Assembly (NCBI GenBank): GCA_964016885.1
Contig: OZ024741.1
Span: 353,090,001-353,154,000 of the forward strand
Direction: 5' to 3'
DNA from: Eledone cirrhosa
Taxonomy: Eukaryota
DNA: 64,000 nucleotides
Under the pieces are notes generated by a model. That model was not told where the DNA came from. It saw only the letters and a list, made by a program, of their open reading frames with translations, and did not search any database. Below are positions 1-13,119 of this stretch, one piece after another; positions within the stretch are counted from its first letter, which is position 1; each line of letters begins with the position of its first letter. The position numbers were made by a program, and so were the translations under genes.

Positions 1-270
1 ACATAAAGACAGGGAAATATTTGAACATAACTTTTAATTTGAAAACAGATATGCATTACATATATCATAAACCGGACCGATACACTATTTACCTCAAAGA
101 CTCCAAGTATTTCTGACCACTTTTTGCGTCTCCAGTGATACTTAACTTATTCAGCTATTATTTATAAGTATCAATTATTGCTTATAGTTGTCCGCATTAT
201 GGCTAACACTCACTCTCTCACACACACACGCGCGTGCGCCCGTACACACACACATTCATATATTTATATA

Positions 271-1096
271 TATAATATAATATATAGAAATAAACACAGA
301 AAGAAGTGTGTTTAGAATTACCCAGTTTTTATACGTTGAGCTCATTAATTGCAGGGTATTAATACGAGTCTTTAACTCTGCTTTTTATTCGAATTCGGCT
401 TCTAACGATCTCCCTTGTTTGTCGAGTTTTGAAGTTGAGTGGCTTTAGGCTGCCCTTTCTAGCCGTTTTACGATCCATTCATGCCACTATGTGCTGTCTG
501 TCGCACGAGGTTTTACTTTCTCTCACCATATACACCTCGTGTGATATTTAGTTACCTAAATTATCTCTAGGTGTGCTGTGAATATAATCCAAACTCCTGT
601 TGAGAAGCCCTAGAATTATCTGTTACAGACACAGATTTACGGCAAAGCAAACTATATCTGTAGTTTATCCAGGAGTTCAATAATTATTGAAACGGCTAGT
701 ACATTTTAATTCAACTTTTTCCGGTTATTATGTAATTTCCGTTTGTTCATAGATTATATACATCGCACCAAAGTGGTTTTTCAGCCCTTGTAATTTTCTA
801 AACACACTTCTTTCTGTGTTAATTTCTATATATAATATTATAAAGAGCTCAGTTTTTATATTTTGAGCTCATTAATTACGGTGAATTGGCAGTATCGGTA
901 GAGGGTCGGACATGCTTTCCAGCATAGTTACGACCCTTTACGATCTGAGTTCAAATCCGGCCGAGGTTAACTTTGCCTTTCATCCCTACGGGGTCGATAA
1001 AATAAAGTACCAGTAATGTACTGCGTAATTGCTGGCCTTGTGCCTAAAATATAGAAACAATTAATTACAGGGTATTAAGACGAGTCTTTAACTCTC
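271..1096 (+). mobile_element. Non-coding PLE pseudo-LTR/retrozyme-like element: inverted arm + ~527 bp unit + partial direct repeat, interrupted by a SINE
   Basis: 271-320 is the near reverse complement of 791-842. 323-379 recurs from 850 to 1096, split by the SINE. A degenerate hammerhead-like core lies at ~571-705 (CTG-TGA...AACTCCTG/CAGGAGTT...GAAAC..GTA). Confidence 0.55.
880..1059 (+). mobile_element. tRNA-derived SINE (family A) with 9-bp target site duplication (TSD)
   Basis: A-box-like TGGCAGTATCGG, B-box-like GAGTTCAAATCC, and the body GCCTTTCATCC..GGGGTCGATAAAATAAAGTACCAG shared with >10 copies in the window. TSD ATTAATTAC at 871-879 and 1060-1068. Confidence 0.85.
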
Positions 1097-1334
1097 CTTT
1101 ATATATATATATATATATATATATCGTTTCTGAATTTGTTTAGCAAGATTCTTTATCTGAAATCGTGTGTTGAAACCGATATTGTTATACTTTGGGAGGG
1201 TCATGTTGCCAATAAGAAACACACGCACCAGTTGCCTTCACTTCAATTTATTATAATAAATTTATAATAAATTTATAAATTTATAAATTTCTGGTTGGTT
1301 GGTTGGTTCCACAACCAGATAGTTGTTTATATAT

Positions 1335-1379
1335 AGTCATAGTTCTTTCGTCACACACTCTGTGACCTCTTCAGTGACT
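1335..1379 (-). ncRNA. Type I hammerhead ribozyme motif (left pLTR copy)
   Basis: Minus strand reads AGTCA-CTGAAGA-G-GTCACA(GAGTG)TGTGAC-GAAA-GAAC-TA-TGACT. Stems I and II pair and stem III is minimal. Confidence 0.75.
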
Positions 1380-1602
1380 GGGGATTCCTTTCTTTGTTTC
1401 TGTGCCTCTCCTTTGTTCTGTCCTACGCCATTTTGTTTCTGTGTGTGTGTTGTGTGCTCAGTCTGCGCATGCGCCACATCCGGGTGTCTGTGTGTGTTTA
1501 TGTTCATTTATTTATTTGTTTATTTACATGTTACTGGTTGGTTGTTTGTTCTATGTGTGTGTGTGTTTTCATTTTGTCCTTAATTGTAAGTTGTGATGTT
1601 TC

Positions 1603-1971
1603 TGTTTAACCTGTAAAATAAGCCCCCATATTAACTGTAAAACTAGAAATGTAGTGTATAGCATAAGATGTACTGAAGGACAATGTAGAGACAAAAATAT
1701 AGTGTACATAGGTGAGACAGCTCGTAGTGTAGGGGAACGGATAAATGAACACTGGCGAGACCTTCAAGATAATAAAGAATCATCTGTACTCTACCAACAT
1801 GCTAAAATAGAACACAAGAGTAAATTAGAGAACATAGAAATAAAAATAGAATCTACACACAGAAAAGACGCAATGTTTAGACAAATTACAGAGGCAATAA
1901 ACATAAAAGAATTACAACCAAAATTAAATAGAAAATATGAGTGGAACAGCAACATCACAACTTACAATTAA
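1603..1971 (+). pseudogene. PLE GIY-YIG endonuclease, C-terminal fragment
   Basis: In-frame CLTC..NCKTRNVVYSIRC...YIGETARSVGERINEH...LYQH...RQITEAINIKELQPKLNRKYEW. This has the VVY/YIG motifs, conserved R, E and N residues, and a Cys linker. Confidence 0.9.
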
Positions 1972-2172
1972 GGACAAAATGAAAACACACACACACATAG
2001 AACAAACAACCAACCAGTAACATGTAAATAAACAAATAAATAAATGAACATAAACACACACAGACACCCGGATGTGGCGCATGCGCAGACTGAGCACACA
2101 ACACACACACAGAAACAAAATGGCGTAGGACAGAACAAAGGAGAGGCACAGAAACAAAGAAAGGAATCCCCA

Positions 2173-2215
2173 GTCACTGAAGAGGTCACAGAGTGTGTGA
2201 CGAAAGAACTATGAC
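2173..2215 (+). ncRNA. Type I hammerhead ribozyme motif (right pLTR copy)
   Basis: GTCA-CTGAAGA-G-GTCACA(GAGTG)TGTGAC-GAAA-GAAC-TA-TGAC. Confidence 0.75.
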
Positions 2216-2367
2216 AATATATAAACAACTATCTGGTTGTGGAACCAACCAACCAACCAGAAATTTATAAATTTATAAATTTATTATAAATTTATTATAA
2301 AAATAAATTGAAGTGAAAGCAACTGGTGCGTGTGTTTCTTATTGGCAACATGACCCTCCCAAAGTAT

Positions 2368-2457
<90 letters not shown>

Positions 2458-2459
2458 GG

Positions 2460-2770
2460 GATAGAATGAAACGAAATTTCATTTCTCACTCTTAGTACGG
2501 CAGTTACTTAAATGTAAGTATGCATGAATGTATACGTACATACATATATGTATACAGACGTACAGTAGTATGTATATATATATACATACATGCACACATA
2601 TATATATGCACGTATCGGTTTACTGAATATTTATTATAATGCTCGGTTTGTTTGTAAACAAACAAATTCGGGTTGTTTGTTTGTTTACTAACAAATCGAG
2701 CATTATAATAAATGTTCGGTAAACCGATACGTGCATATATATATGTGTGCATGTATGTATATATATATAT
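2460..2770. repeat. Fold-back element: ~95 bp imperfect inverted repeat (2570-2665/2680-2770)
   Basis: Arms are reverse-complementary. The same family occurs in opposite orientation at ~42175-42365, next to an HHR. Confidence 0.7.
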
Positions 2771-3039
2771 ATATATATATATTTATGTTTTATGGTTCCC
2801 CAATGGATAGAACTGCTGCAACAATAACACCTATTTTGCGGAGTCCCCGAATCAAATATATTCTCTATTCTCTGTTGCCGTGATTCCCTTTATTGATTAA
2901 CTAATTATGCCATCCGAACGTGACGATACTACCAGGATCTTATGTAACCAGGCCATTGAAATATATATAGTGTTTTGTTTTACAACAATAAGACTTTAAA
3001 GGGATATCACTAGTCCGGCCTCCTGTTATTTTATTCAAA

Positions 3040-3284
3040 CTTTATTTCACGTTGCTCCAGTTTATTCAACTGTAGAAATGAGTTGCGACGTCGCTGGTGC
3101 CGAGTTGTATCGGTCTTAGCCTTTCTCTTGGACAACATCGGTGGCGTCTAAAGGAGAAGCTGGTGTGCATGGGCGACTGGTGGATTTCCACAAATAACCT
3201 TGCCCGGATTGTGCCTTAGAAGAGAGCCTTCTGGGTGAAAAATGCCATGGTCATTCGTGACCGAAGGGAGTCTTCACCCTTTAC

Positions 3285-3290
<6 letters not shown>
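3040..3290 (+). mobile_element. Probable SINE remnant
   Basis: TTTCACGTTGCTCCAGTTTATTCAACT resembles the core of the SINE at 25678-25954, and the segment ends in an (ACCCTT)-like tail. Confidence 0.4.
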
Positions 3291-3344
<54 letters not shown>

Positions 3345-3436
3345 TACAGTTATTTTCCGAGTTTGAAGTTTCTACATTTTCTAAGAATTTAAAATCTACG
3401 AAGAATCGAACTGCCACCTCTACGATATTTTATATG

Positions 3437-3741
<305 letters not shown>

Positions 3742-4334
3742 CTCTCCCTCTCTCTTTATGTATGTATATATATATGCAGGGTGAGGGAGAAAGAGGGACA
3801 GAGAAAGAGAGAGATAGAGAGATACATAATAGATCATTATATAGTTGTTGTCTATGTAGTGCCCATGTACAAACATAACATATATATGCATGGTTGCATC
3901 TAGGACTACGTGTTTGCTTGCTACTTTTGTATGAGTATGTGTGTGTTTGTATGTGTATGTTTGTGTTTGTTTATATATGTGTATGAGTGTGTGTGCGTGT
4001 GAGTCAATGAATGAATGACTGAAGTAATGAATATATATGTCGCAAGCCCATCAAATATATAAAGCATTGCTTTTGTGTCCATTTCAGCTGAACTTATTGA
4101 TGATCTGAGCACTTAACTTGCTTAAATATTCAGCTCACAACACTTAGGAGAATTACAAATGAAATCTGAATATGTAGATCTCTTACAATGATTTTTTATA
4201 ATGATTAATCATGATGAACAATGGACCGAGATATTATATACTCGACATCAAAGAAACACCTGTCACGTCCAACACCTAGGTTATTACCACTAATCTAAAT
4301 TGTACGATCTATATGCATATATGCGTCTGTGTGT

Positions 4335-4700
4335 GTATAGATTTGATGACACAGCATGGCCGAATGGTTGAAGAGTTTGCTTTGCATTCATAAGATCCCG
4401 CATTCGATCCCATCTGCATGTCATCTTAGGCAAGTGTCATTTTCCAGAGCCCTGGGTCGACTTAAGTCTTGGTAAAATTAAGTAGATGAGAAGTGTTTTG
4501 AAGGCCTTTCGATGGATTATACTAGTAATTCAAAGGTCAAACCTTTTCGTCACACACTGCATCACGTTGAAGCTCTAGGAGAATTAATTTACGAGTACAG
4601 GTGTCTGTGGAACGCTTAACCACTTACAAGTTAATTTCCTGAACAGGCTGCTCTGTTGATCGAACAACTGGAACATTCTTCGTGGAAACCAACAGAGGTA
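4335..4700 (+). mobile_element. tRNA-derived CORE-like SINE (family C), degenerate
   Basis: GCATGGCCGAATGG...TTCGATCCC...TTAGGCAAGTGTCAT. Homologous to 57360-57670. Confidence 0.6.
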
Positions 4701-5053
4701 CATTCCATGTGTGAAATGAAAGGTGAAGAAGTTTGCTTCACAATTACGAGATTCACAACCCTAATTCAACTGTTTGGCACCCTGAGAGAATGTATTTTAC
4801 GATAGCCACGTGTTGACAGAACTTTGTGAGTGAAATAGGATAGACTGAAATAGCGGTGGGAGTGTGTCGAATAAACTGTACCTGTAATTGAAATGTCAAG
4901 TCTTGTCACATACTTTGTGACGCTTGTGTTCTGTCTGAAAATTACGTTTTGTGTGCTCATATCTGTGAAATACTCAAATATTTACACGCTAATTCAAGGA
5001 TCAACAACTGAATACTCATTGTCTAACCTAACGGAGAACTATTTGCTTTATGA

Positions 5054-5120
<67 letters not shown>

Positions 5121-5291
5121 TGTGTGTGAGTATGTGTGTATGTATATGTGTGTATGTGTGTGTGTGTGTGCGTATGTGTGTGTGTGTGGCCGATGGGCAT
5201 GGAGTTCTGTGTCCTTCTTTGTTAATTTTCTTAAGTTTATCTACTAATGTGGCAAATGTGTTTTTCTCTTCTCCCCCACTTATTGTGATGG

Positions 5292-5386
<95 letters not shown>

Positions 5387-5594
5387 TATATTTAGAGTTA
5401 TAAACTCAAACCAGTCTTTTACAATTAATTAGCTCAAAGAAAGAAGCATTTCTGAGCCGTGAAATACAAGTTAATATAAATTAATATATGATAAACACTA
5501 ATATAAACATATAAGTGTTTGTATTGTAAGTGTGCGTTAACATTTGACTACCAGTCCTCCTTAGTATTTCGAGATGAAACATGCTAATTTTCTG

Positions 5595-5730
5595 GATACC
5601 TGCCGATGGCCACAGAAATTGGAATTTTTCACTTTTTTAAATTATCGTTGCGAAACTTATTTGGGTTTTGAAATTTAAATTTCTCTACGGAACAGGTTTG
5701 GATTTTGAAATTTAAATTTGTACAGGTATC
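5595..5730 (+). ncRNA. Extended hammerhead-like motif, unit 1 (degenerate core CCGATGG)
   Basis: Stem I GATACCTG/CAGGTATC, GAAAC, a long G.U-rich stem III and a GTA site. Confidence 0.5.
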
Positions 5731-6144
5731 ACGGCTATTGCCAATATGGGTTTGTTTTTATTGATTTATTATTTTAAATCGAGACAGGCAAACTGTATTA
5801 ATCTAATTAATATTTTTCAATCTAGCTAACTTGGTCATTTACAATACAAACACTTATATGTTTATATTAGTGTTTATCATATATTAATTTATATTAACTT
5901 GTATTTCACGGCTCAGAAATGCTTCTGTCTTTGAGCTAATTAATTGTAAAAGACTGTTTGAGTTTATAACTCTAAATATAGTATTAACGGCTCCTTTTGT
6001 TGAGCTAAATTTTAGCCCCATATAAACGGCTGTTATTTCTAGCAGCATGAGTATGGGGATAGCTAGGAGCTGGAAAACCATGTGCGTTAACATTTGACTA
6101 CCAGTCCTCCTTAGTATTTCGAGGTGAAACATGCTAATTTTCTG

Positions 6145-6280
6145 GATACCTGCCGATGACCACAGAAATTGAAATTTTTCACTTTTTTAAATTATCGTTG
6201 CGAAACTTATTTGGGTTTTGAAATTTAAATTTCTCTACGGAACAGGTTTGGATTTTGAAATTTAAATTTGTACAGGTATC
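6145..6280 (+). ncRNA. Extended hammerhead-like motif, unit 2 (core CCGATGA)
   Basis: GATACCTG-CCGATGA-[weak stem II]-GAAAC-[long stem III]-GTA-CAGGTATC. Confidence 0.6.
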
Positions 6281-6449
6281 ACGGCTATTGCCAATATGGG
6301 TCTGTTTTTATTGATTTATTATTTTAAATCGAGACAGGCAAACTGTATTAATCTAATTAATATTTTTCAATCTAGCTAACTTGGTCATTTACAATACAAA
6401 CACTTATATGTTTATATTAGTGTTTATCATATATTAATTTATATTAACT

Positions 6450-6537
<88 letters not shown>

Positions 6538-6984
6538 ACAATGAAATAGAAGCCAATAGGTTAGAATTTACATCATTTATTTGTTACACAATCGTTGTTA
6601 TGCACCTTTCGACAGTAACTGTTATATAACATTATCACCTCATCAAGCAGCTATTACGTGAACAGAGAGTTATATGAATAAAAATTAGATGGCATGAACA
6701 CAAAAAAAGATAAAAACTGAATGTCTGTTTTCATTTAGTGATATGTCACGGGCGGGTTATTGGTGTTGCTCCCTCAAAGCTATGCTGACATATCATACTC
6801 TGGAAGACACTGACCTACATGGAGACTACCCTGCGTATAATAATGTAATTTGATTAAATAACACAAATGCCAAGTATGCACACACACACACACACACACA
6901 TACACACACACACACATATATATATAAACGTAGGAGTTAATGATACATAGTGTTATGAGTTTCACGCTTCGTGAGAATGGGGGA

Positions 6985-7025
6985 GGCTACGACGTTTCAG
7001 ATATAAGTCCTTCATCAGGAGAGTG
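6985..7025 (-). ncRNA. Degenerate minimal HHR motif
   Basis: Minus strand CTGATGA-AGGACTTATATCT-GAAACGTCGTA. Stem I pairing is poor. Confidence 0.4.
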
Positions 7026-7134
7026 GGGGAATTCCGGTAGGGAGTTAGGGGGGATTTAGCAGGAAAAACATGAAAGGTCGGAAAAAAAAATAGAAATAAA
7101 AATAAAACATGAAATCAATATATATATATATAAA

Positions 7135-7198
<64 letters not shown>

Positions 7199-7244
7199 AC
7201 AAAGAAAGTGTGGTAAGAAATCAGATACCATGCCAATATATGGA

Positions 7245-7348
7245 CAGTACCCCTTGATAAGTTCAGCTAGATTCCCGCCGTCCTAATACTATTGCCTTAG
7301 TTCGGATATAGCTGTCGAAACGGCCGTAGCTCAGCCGTCGGGGTCCTG
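7245..7348 (+). ncRNA. Full type I hammerhead ribozyme (family B), U3-A8 core variant
   Basis: CAGTACCCC-TTGATAA-G..CAGCTA[loop]TAGCTG.C-GAAA-CGGC(CGTAGCTCA)GCCG-TC-GGGGTCCTG. Stem I pairs 8/9 bp and the GUC site is at 7337-7339. Confidence 0.75.
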
Positions 7349-7356
7349 ACTCTTTT

Positions 7357-7416
<60 letters not shown>

Positions 7417-8936
7417 ATGGAGGCTCTAGGACAAATTCCGAGCTATTAATAATATAAATTCAAGTGTGAATGACATATATAGGAATATATCAAACAAATA
7501 CACAGGAGATGATTCGCAAAATAAATGTAAGAACATAAGTAGAAATGAACGTAATAATAATTAAACAGTACATACTGAACATCAAATAATCATTTTACTC
7601 TTTCGTACATAATTCCTTAATGGCAATAAAACTATGTTTCACCTTCGAATGTTGTAGTTCAAAATAGCGGTACTACTTGGAGTGACTCTCTGATCTCTGA
7701 GCTACACACTCTATTGAGTAACGTTACTCAAAAGACCCTCTTTTTCTTTACTTCCCTGGAAAAAAATGAACGATTATTGGCACTGCTTTTCTCTCCTTCA
7801 CTAAACAGTAAAAAAGAAAGGAAGAAACAGATTTTAAAACTTTTTCCTAATATTTTATTAAATCTTTTTCACCATACAATATATATTCATATATATATTC
7901 ATTTTTTCTTCTTATTTCCAGATTTACATTTTTAAGCTTAAGAAAAAAACATGTAGAATATGACTAAAAGTCTAAACAGATCTTCTTGATTTGTTTCTGT
8001 TGGTTTATATTCTTTTTAAAATCTTTTTGGCCTCTTCATTTATTCTTGTCATCAAACTTCCACTTTGAATAGATTTTTTTACATTTTTTTTACTGTTCAT
8101 TCTTTTTAAAAGTTTTACTTGTTTTTTTTTTTTAATATATTTTTCTAGTGTAACTATTTGATGTACTTTTTTAAAATTTTCGAAACCTAATCAAGTGACA
8201 TTTTTTTTAAATATTTTTTTTTTAAATTTTATTTTTATGTCCATAAAACAACATAAAAATGCATAACAAATGAGTAACCAGGGGTAAGAGATAGTTTGGA
8301 ATAATTAGGTAACAAAAAAATAACGCATTGGAGAATTTTTCCCTTTGATGTTATTTTTCTTATAACCCTTACCGTTTTTTTTTTTGATTTTTGCTTTTTT
8401 CCAATAAAACAAAGAATTATATATATATATATATAATTTTTTAATGCATTGTATATAAGACATTTCTTCTTTATCTTCCATGAAAAATTGTTTATTAATT
8501 TTTTGAAATTATTTTTTATATTTTGATTCAAGATTTTATTTTTATCCCTCTCCCGAAAGTTATCTTGTTGACACAGATGTTTGTTGAGTTTGAAAATTTG
8601 TTGTCGGATACGATCAGTCTCACATATAAATATATTTATTGAGTGGAGTTATTGACATTGATTGGTTTTGACAAGGCATGAGGCCAAAATTCTGTATGTT
8701 GGTAAAGTAGGAAAGATTATATTCGATGGAATCAAACCCAGTATATTACTGGTAATTTTTTAATTGATAATCTTTCCCCCTTACAAATATGAAAGGCAAA
8801 TGTTGCCCTGGCAGGATTTGAACTTGGAAATGAAAAAGAAAAAAAACTACATTCGTGTGCAAAAATTATATAACACCTGTTTATGACCAATTATATAACA
8901 CCTCAAAATTGAAGTAGTTATACCTGTAGTATATAC

Positions 8937-8992
<56 letters not shown>

Positions 8993-9007
8993 ATGTGTGT
9001 ATATCTA

Positions 9008-9095
<88 letters not shown>

Positions 9096-9127
9096 CATGC
9101 ATACATACATATATATTACACACACAC

Positions 9128-9238
<111 letters not shown>

Positions 9239-11083
9239 TACCTACATGTATGCATATATATATGGTAAATTGAGGCAATTTAGATAATACACCCTAACTG
9301 CGACAGTGTGGATAGACATGCCATTTTCAGTGGATGAATTCAAATGCAAAACTAGCTTCTAGTGTTGCAGTGTTATCAGTCAGTCGATATGTATCTATGC
9401 TTGTGGAAAAAATACATAAATTATTACATAATCAACTTCAAGATCGCTTTTAGTTGGTTCATGTTTTCTAAGAACTTGTACTTCATATTTCATATATTTT
9501 CTGATAATTTTAACGGCTCGTATAATTAACATTCTTCAACATTGTCTGACATATATATATACATATATGTATAGGGTGTGTGTGTATGTGTATACATATG
9601 TATGTATATATATGTATAATTTATAATAACACTTCAGTATACAAAGAAAATAAAAGGTAACAAGGTTTTATCATGATAAATGACAAAACAATACAAATAA
9701 CCATGTAATATACAAACATAAAAATTCGTAATGACACTATATAATACTGAACAATATTACATGCCCAAAACAAAAGACTGGTTCTATAAGTTTACAAATT
9801 CTTTGAGCAAATTAAGCTTCCATGATCTTATACAGTTTTACACTAATTTTTTTTTCAATTTTTATTTGTTACTCAGCATTTGTTTTAAAATCAGTTATAT
9901 ATTTATGTCATTTTTCCGTTTTGAGTCATTTTTGACACGTAAAAGTGTTTTATATAACATGTTGGACTATACGACTGGTAGTTACTGGTAATTAATAGTG
10001 TTAAATACATCTTGAGCTAGTACTGTTTTATCATATAGAGAGAAAAAATACTTCACACTATCAGAAATAAAATACAATTAAGCAAAAAACTAAATAATTC
10101 AGAGGAATTACATGAAGAACACAATATATAAATACAAAGGATTAATAGGCCATAGACATACATCATACACATTAGACAACCAACATATTCGCTTACGATA
10201 AAGCAATATTTAACAAACAACTCATAGTATGGGTTGCAACGGGAGTTTCTATTTAGTTGTTCAACCCAGTGTAGCTCTCAACATCGTTCTCTTAATAAAC
10301 CACTTTATCATGTTTAAAACAAAAAGCCATAGATTTGAAGTCCAAAATCTACGGATAAAATGTATAACATTAATATGTGAAATCAGGTAGCAACAGCTAA
10401 AAGTAATATTAAATATTGATCCAAATATATATGCCAACTTGTAAAATATTCACATAACTATTGGTGCCAGAACACTAGGTTCGTGCAACAATACTTTGCT
10501 AGCTACCACAGTTATTATGTTTACTAAAACGTAGCTAACAACAGCTACACAAAATAAAAAAATAAACTATACAGAAACTTTTGCGAAACAATACTTGATT
10601 TTATAATAGGAGAGATCTGACGATCCAACAAACATTTCTCTCAAACTTAGGTTTCAATCTTTGGTCAATGTCAATAAAAATATTATAGGATTCAAAGAAG
10701 GAACTTTAAAGGTAAATATGGTTACCTTCATTAAGAATTTCATATTGTATTTTGCTATTTTTCCTTATAACATTATATAAGTTTCAATTATTGTCCTCTT
10801 CCATCTCTTGTCCACCGGTTGCTCTCATTTCTTTACAATTTTGCAATTCACGGTTTATAGATGTACATATGTATGTATGAGTGTTTAAGTGCGTGCAAGC
10901 AAATACATACATAAATACATACATACATATGGATGTATATATGTATGTATATATATATGTACGTATACATATATGTAGTAAATATAGGTATATATGTATA
11001 TATGTATATATATATGTAAATATATATGTATACGTATGTATATATATGAATGTACATATATATACATATATGTGTATGTATGA

Positions 11084-11135
<52 letters not shown>

Positions 11136-11671
11136 TGTGTACATTTACTTGTGTGCATCTGTGTTTTATGTATGTATGTAGGAACATGTACATATATATG
11201 TCATAAAGTAATTCAAAGTTAATGCACGAATTGTTTAAAGAAATATAATTAAAGTTGGAATGTTTGTATTTCACAGAGAAAAGTTCTATTTTTTTTATTC
11301 TGTTAAAAGTGTTCATTAATATTTTTGGTTATGTATCAGTTTATTTTTTTTTTCAATATTTTAATTTTTTTAATTGTTTTCATTTTTAACCAATCTTCTG
11401 TAGATTAAGGCTGGAATCTCTTATAATCTCACTGGCGATTGTGGTGCAGACTATAGAAGTAGCACCAAATCTTGCTAGCAACTGTACTACACAGAGATGA
11501 TGGCATCTCCACAGTTATTTAGTGAGATATATACAATCATCCATCCATTCATATATATATATATATGTAAACATATATATATATATATAATATATATATA
11601 TATATTATATATATATATATAAGTACATATATATATATATACATATATATATATATGTGTATATATATATA

Positions 11672-11720
<49 letters not shown>

Positions 11721-12106
11721 ATATATAATTCATATAATACACATATACATATATGTATTTGTGAATACAAATACATACTCACACAAGCATACATATATAG
11801 AAATATAGATATAACATATATGAATATCCATACACACTCATATTTATGCATGTGCAAAATGATATATATATATATATAAAGAACAGTCAATGAAATTCGC
11901 GCAAAACTACTATTCTCACATATATTCTCTCTCTCACTATATATATATGTTAACATAATAAACAATTGTAACAATGTATAGACTGGGAATTTAAATATAT
12001 TTCAATATTTTTAGTTTACCTTTGGTTAGATATCTCCAAAATAGTTTTCCTTTAAAATAAATATGCATATGCATACGTTATACATACGTATATACATATA
12101 TATGTG

Positions 12107-12158
<52 letters not shown>

Positions 12159-12258
12159 TAGATACACACATATATGTTATATATATATATTTATATATAT
12201 ATATAGATAGATAGATACACACATATATGTTATATGTCTACATATATATGTTATATGT

Positions 12259-12331
<73 letters not shown>

Positions 12332-12474
12332 TAAAATCAAGAGTAGAAATTACTGAATATTGAGGTAGAGTGTAAAACTTTATCGCAGTAAAAATAATAC
12401 ACTCTGAAGATCCTCACAGAGTACGTCTCTCTCTCTCTCTCTTTCTCTCTTTCTCTCTCTCTCATATATATGTA

Positions 12475-12558
<84 letters not shown>

Positions 12559-12864
12559 ATCTAATATTGCAAGAGAGATAATATAATTTGGTGTAATAAT
12601 ATTTATATTACACTTTCAAATGAGAACTAATTTCATTAAGAATGAACCAAGTTTAGCAGGATTCATGCCGAATCTGTAAACATATATATTACTCTGAAAC
12701 AAGGAAATAGTTAAAAATACACACACATACATACATCTATATATCGACACACACACACACATATATATACATACATATATATATATATATATACGACGCA
12801 GACATACACATGTACATATATATATATATATATACACACACTTACACCACATACACACACACAC

Positions 12865-12925
<61 letters not shown>

Positions 12926-12927
<2 letters not shown>

Positions 12928-12994
12928 GAAGTGGTTACACAACAGTTAGTTCACCATACGGTATGGTGAACTAACTGTTGTGTAACCACTTCTA
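12926..12994. repeat. Perfect 34-bp-arm hairpin in an (AT)n-embedded insert
   Basis: 12926-12959 is the exact reverse complement of 12961-12994. Confidence 0.9.
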
Positions 12995-13055
12995 CCTAAC
13001 TCGTCCCATGGACTGAGTGCTCTACCACTACGGATATTACCTTCCAGTGTTCTAC

Positions 13056-13119
<64 letters not shown>

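Larger units (their letters stand above)
1179..2375 (+). mobile_element. 5'-truncated Penelope-like element with inverted pseudo-LTRs
   Basis: ~430 bp near-perfect inverted repeat (1179-1606 vs 1945-2375) around a GIY-YIG fragment, with one HHR motif per arm and (AT)n on both sides. Confidence 0.9.
5386..6453 (+). mobile_element. Non-coding retrozyme-like element: inverted arm + 550-bp tandem unit (1.7 copies)
   Basis: 5386-5529 is the reverse complement of ~5839-5982. 5531-5903 is repeated at 6081-6453 (offset 550). Each unit has an HHR-like motif, and (AT)n flanks both sides. Confidence 0.8.

Noticed and set aside
1323-2228. Mirror-image hydrophobic ORFs on both strands
   Set aside because: They are by-products of the GT-rich inverted pLTR and show no protein motif.
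6590-6655. Minus-strand TTGATGA...GAAA hammerhead-like string
   Set aside because: Stems I and III do not pair, so it is too degenerate to call.
10150-10780. Possible ancient LINE remnant
   Set aside because: No continuous diagnostic motif could be recovered by eye.
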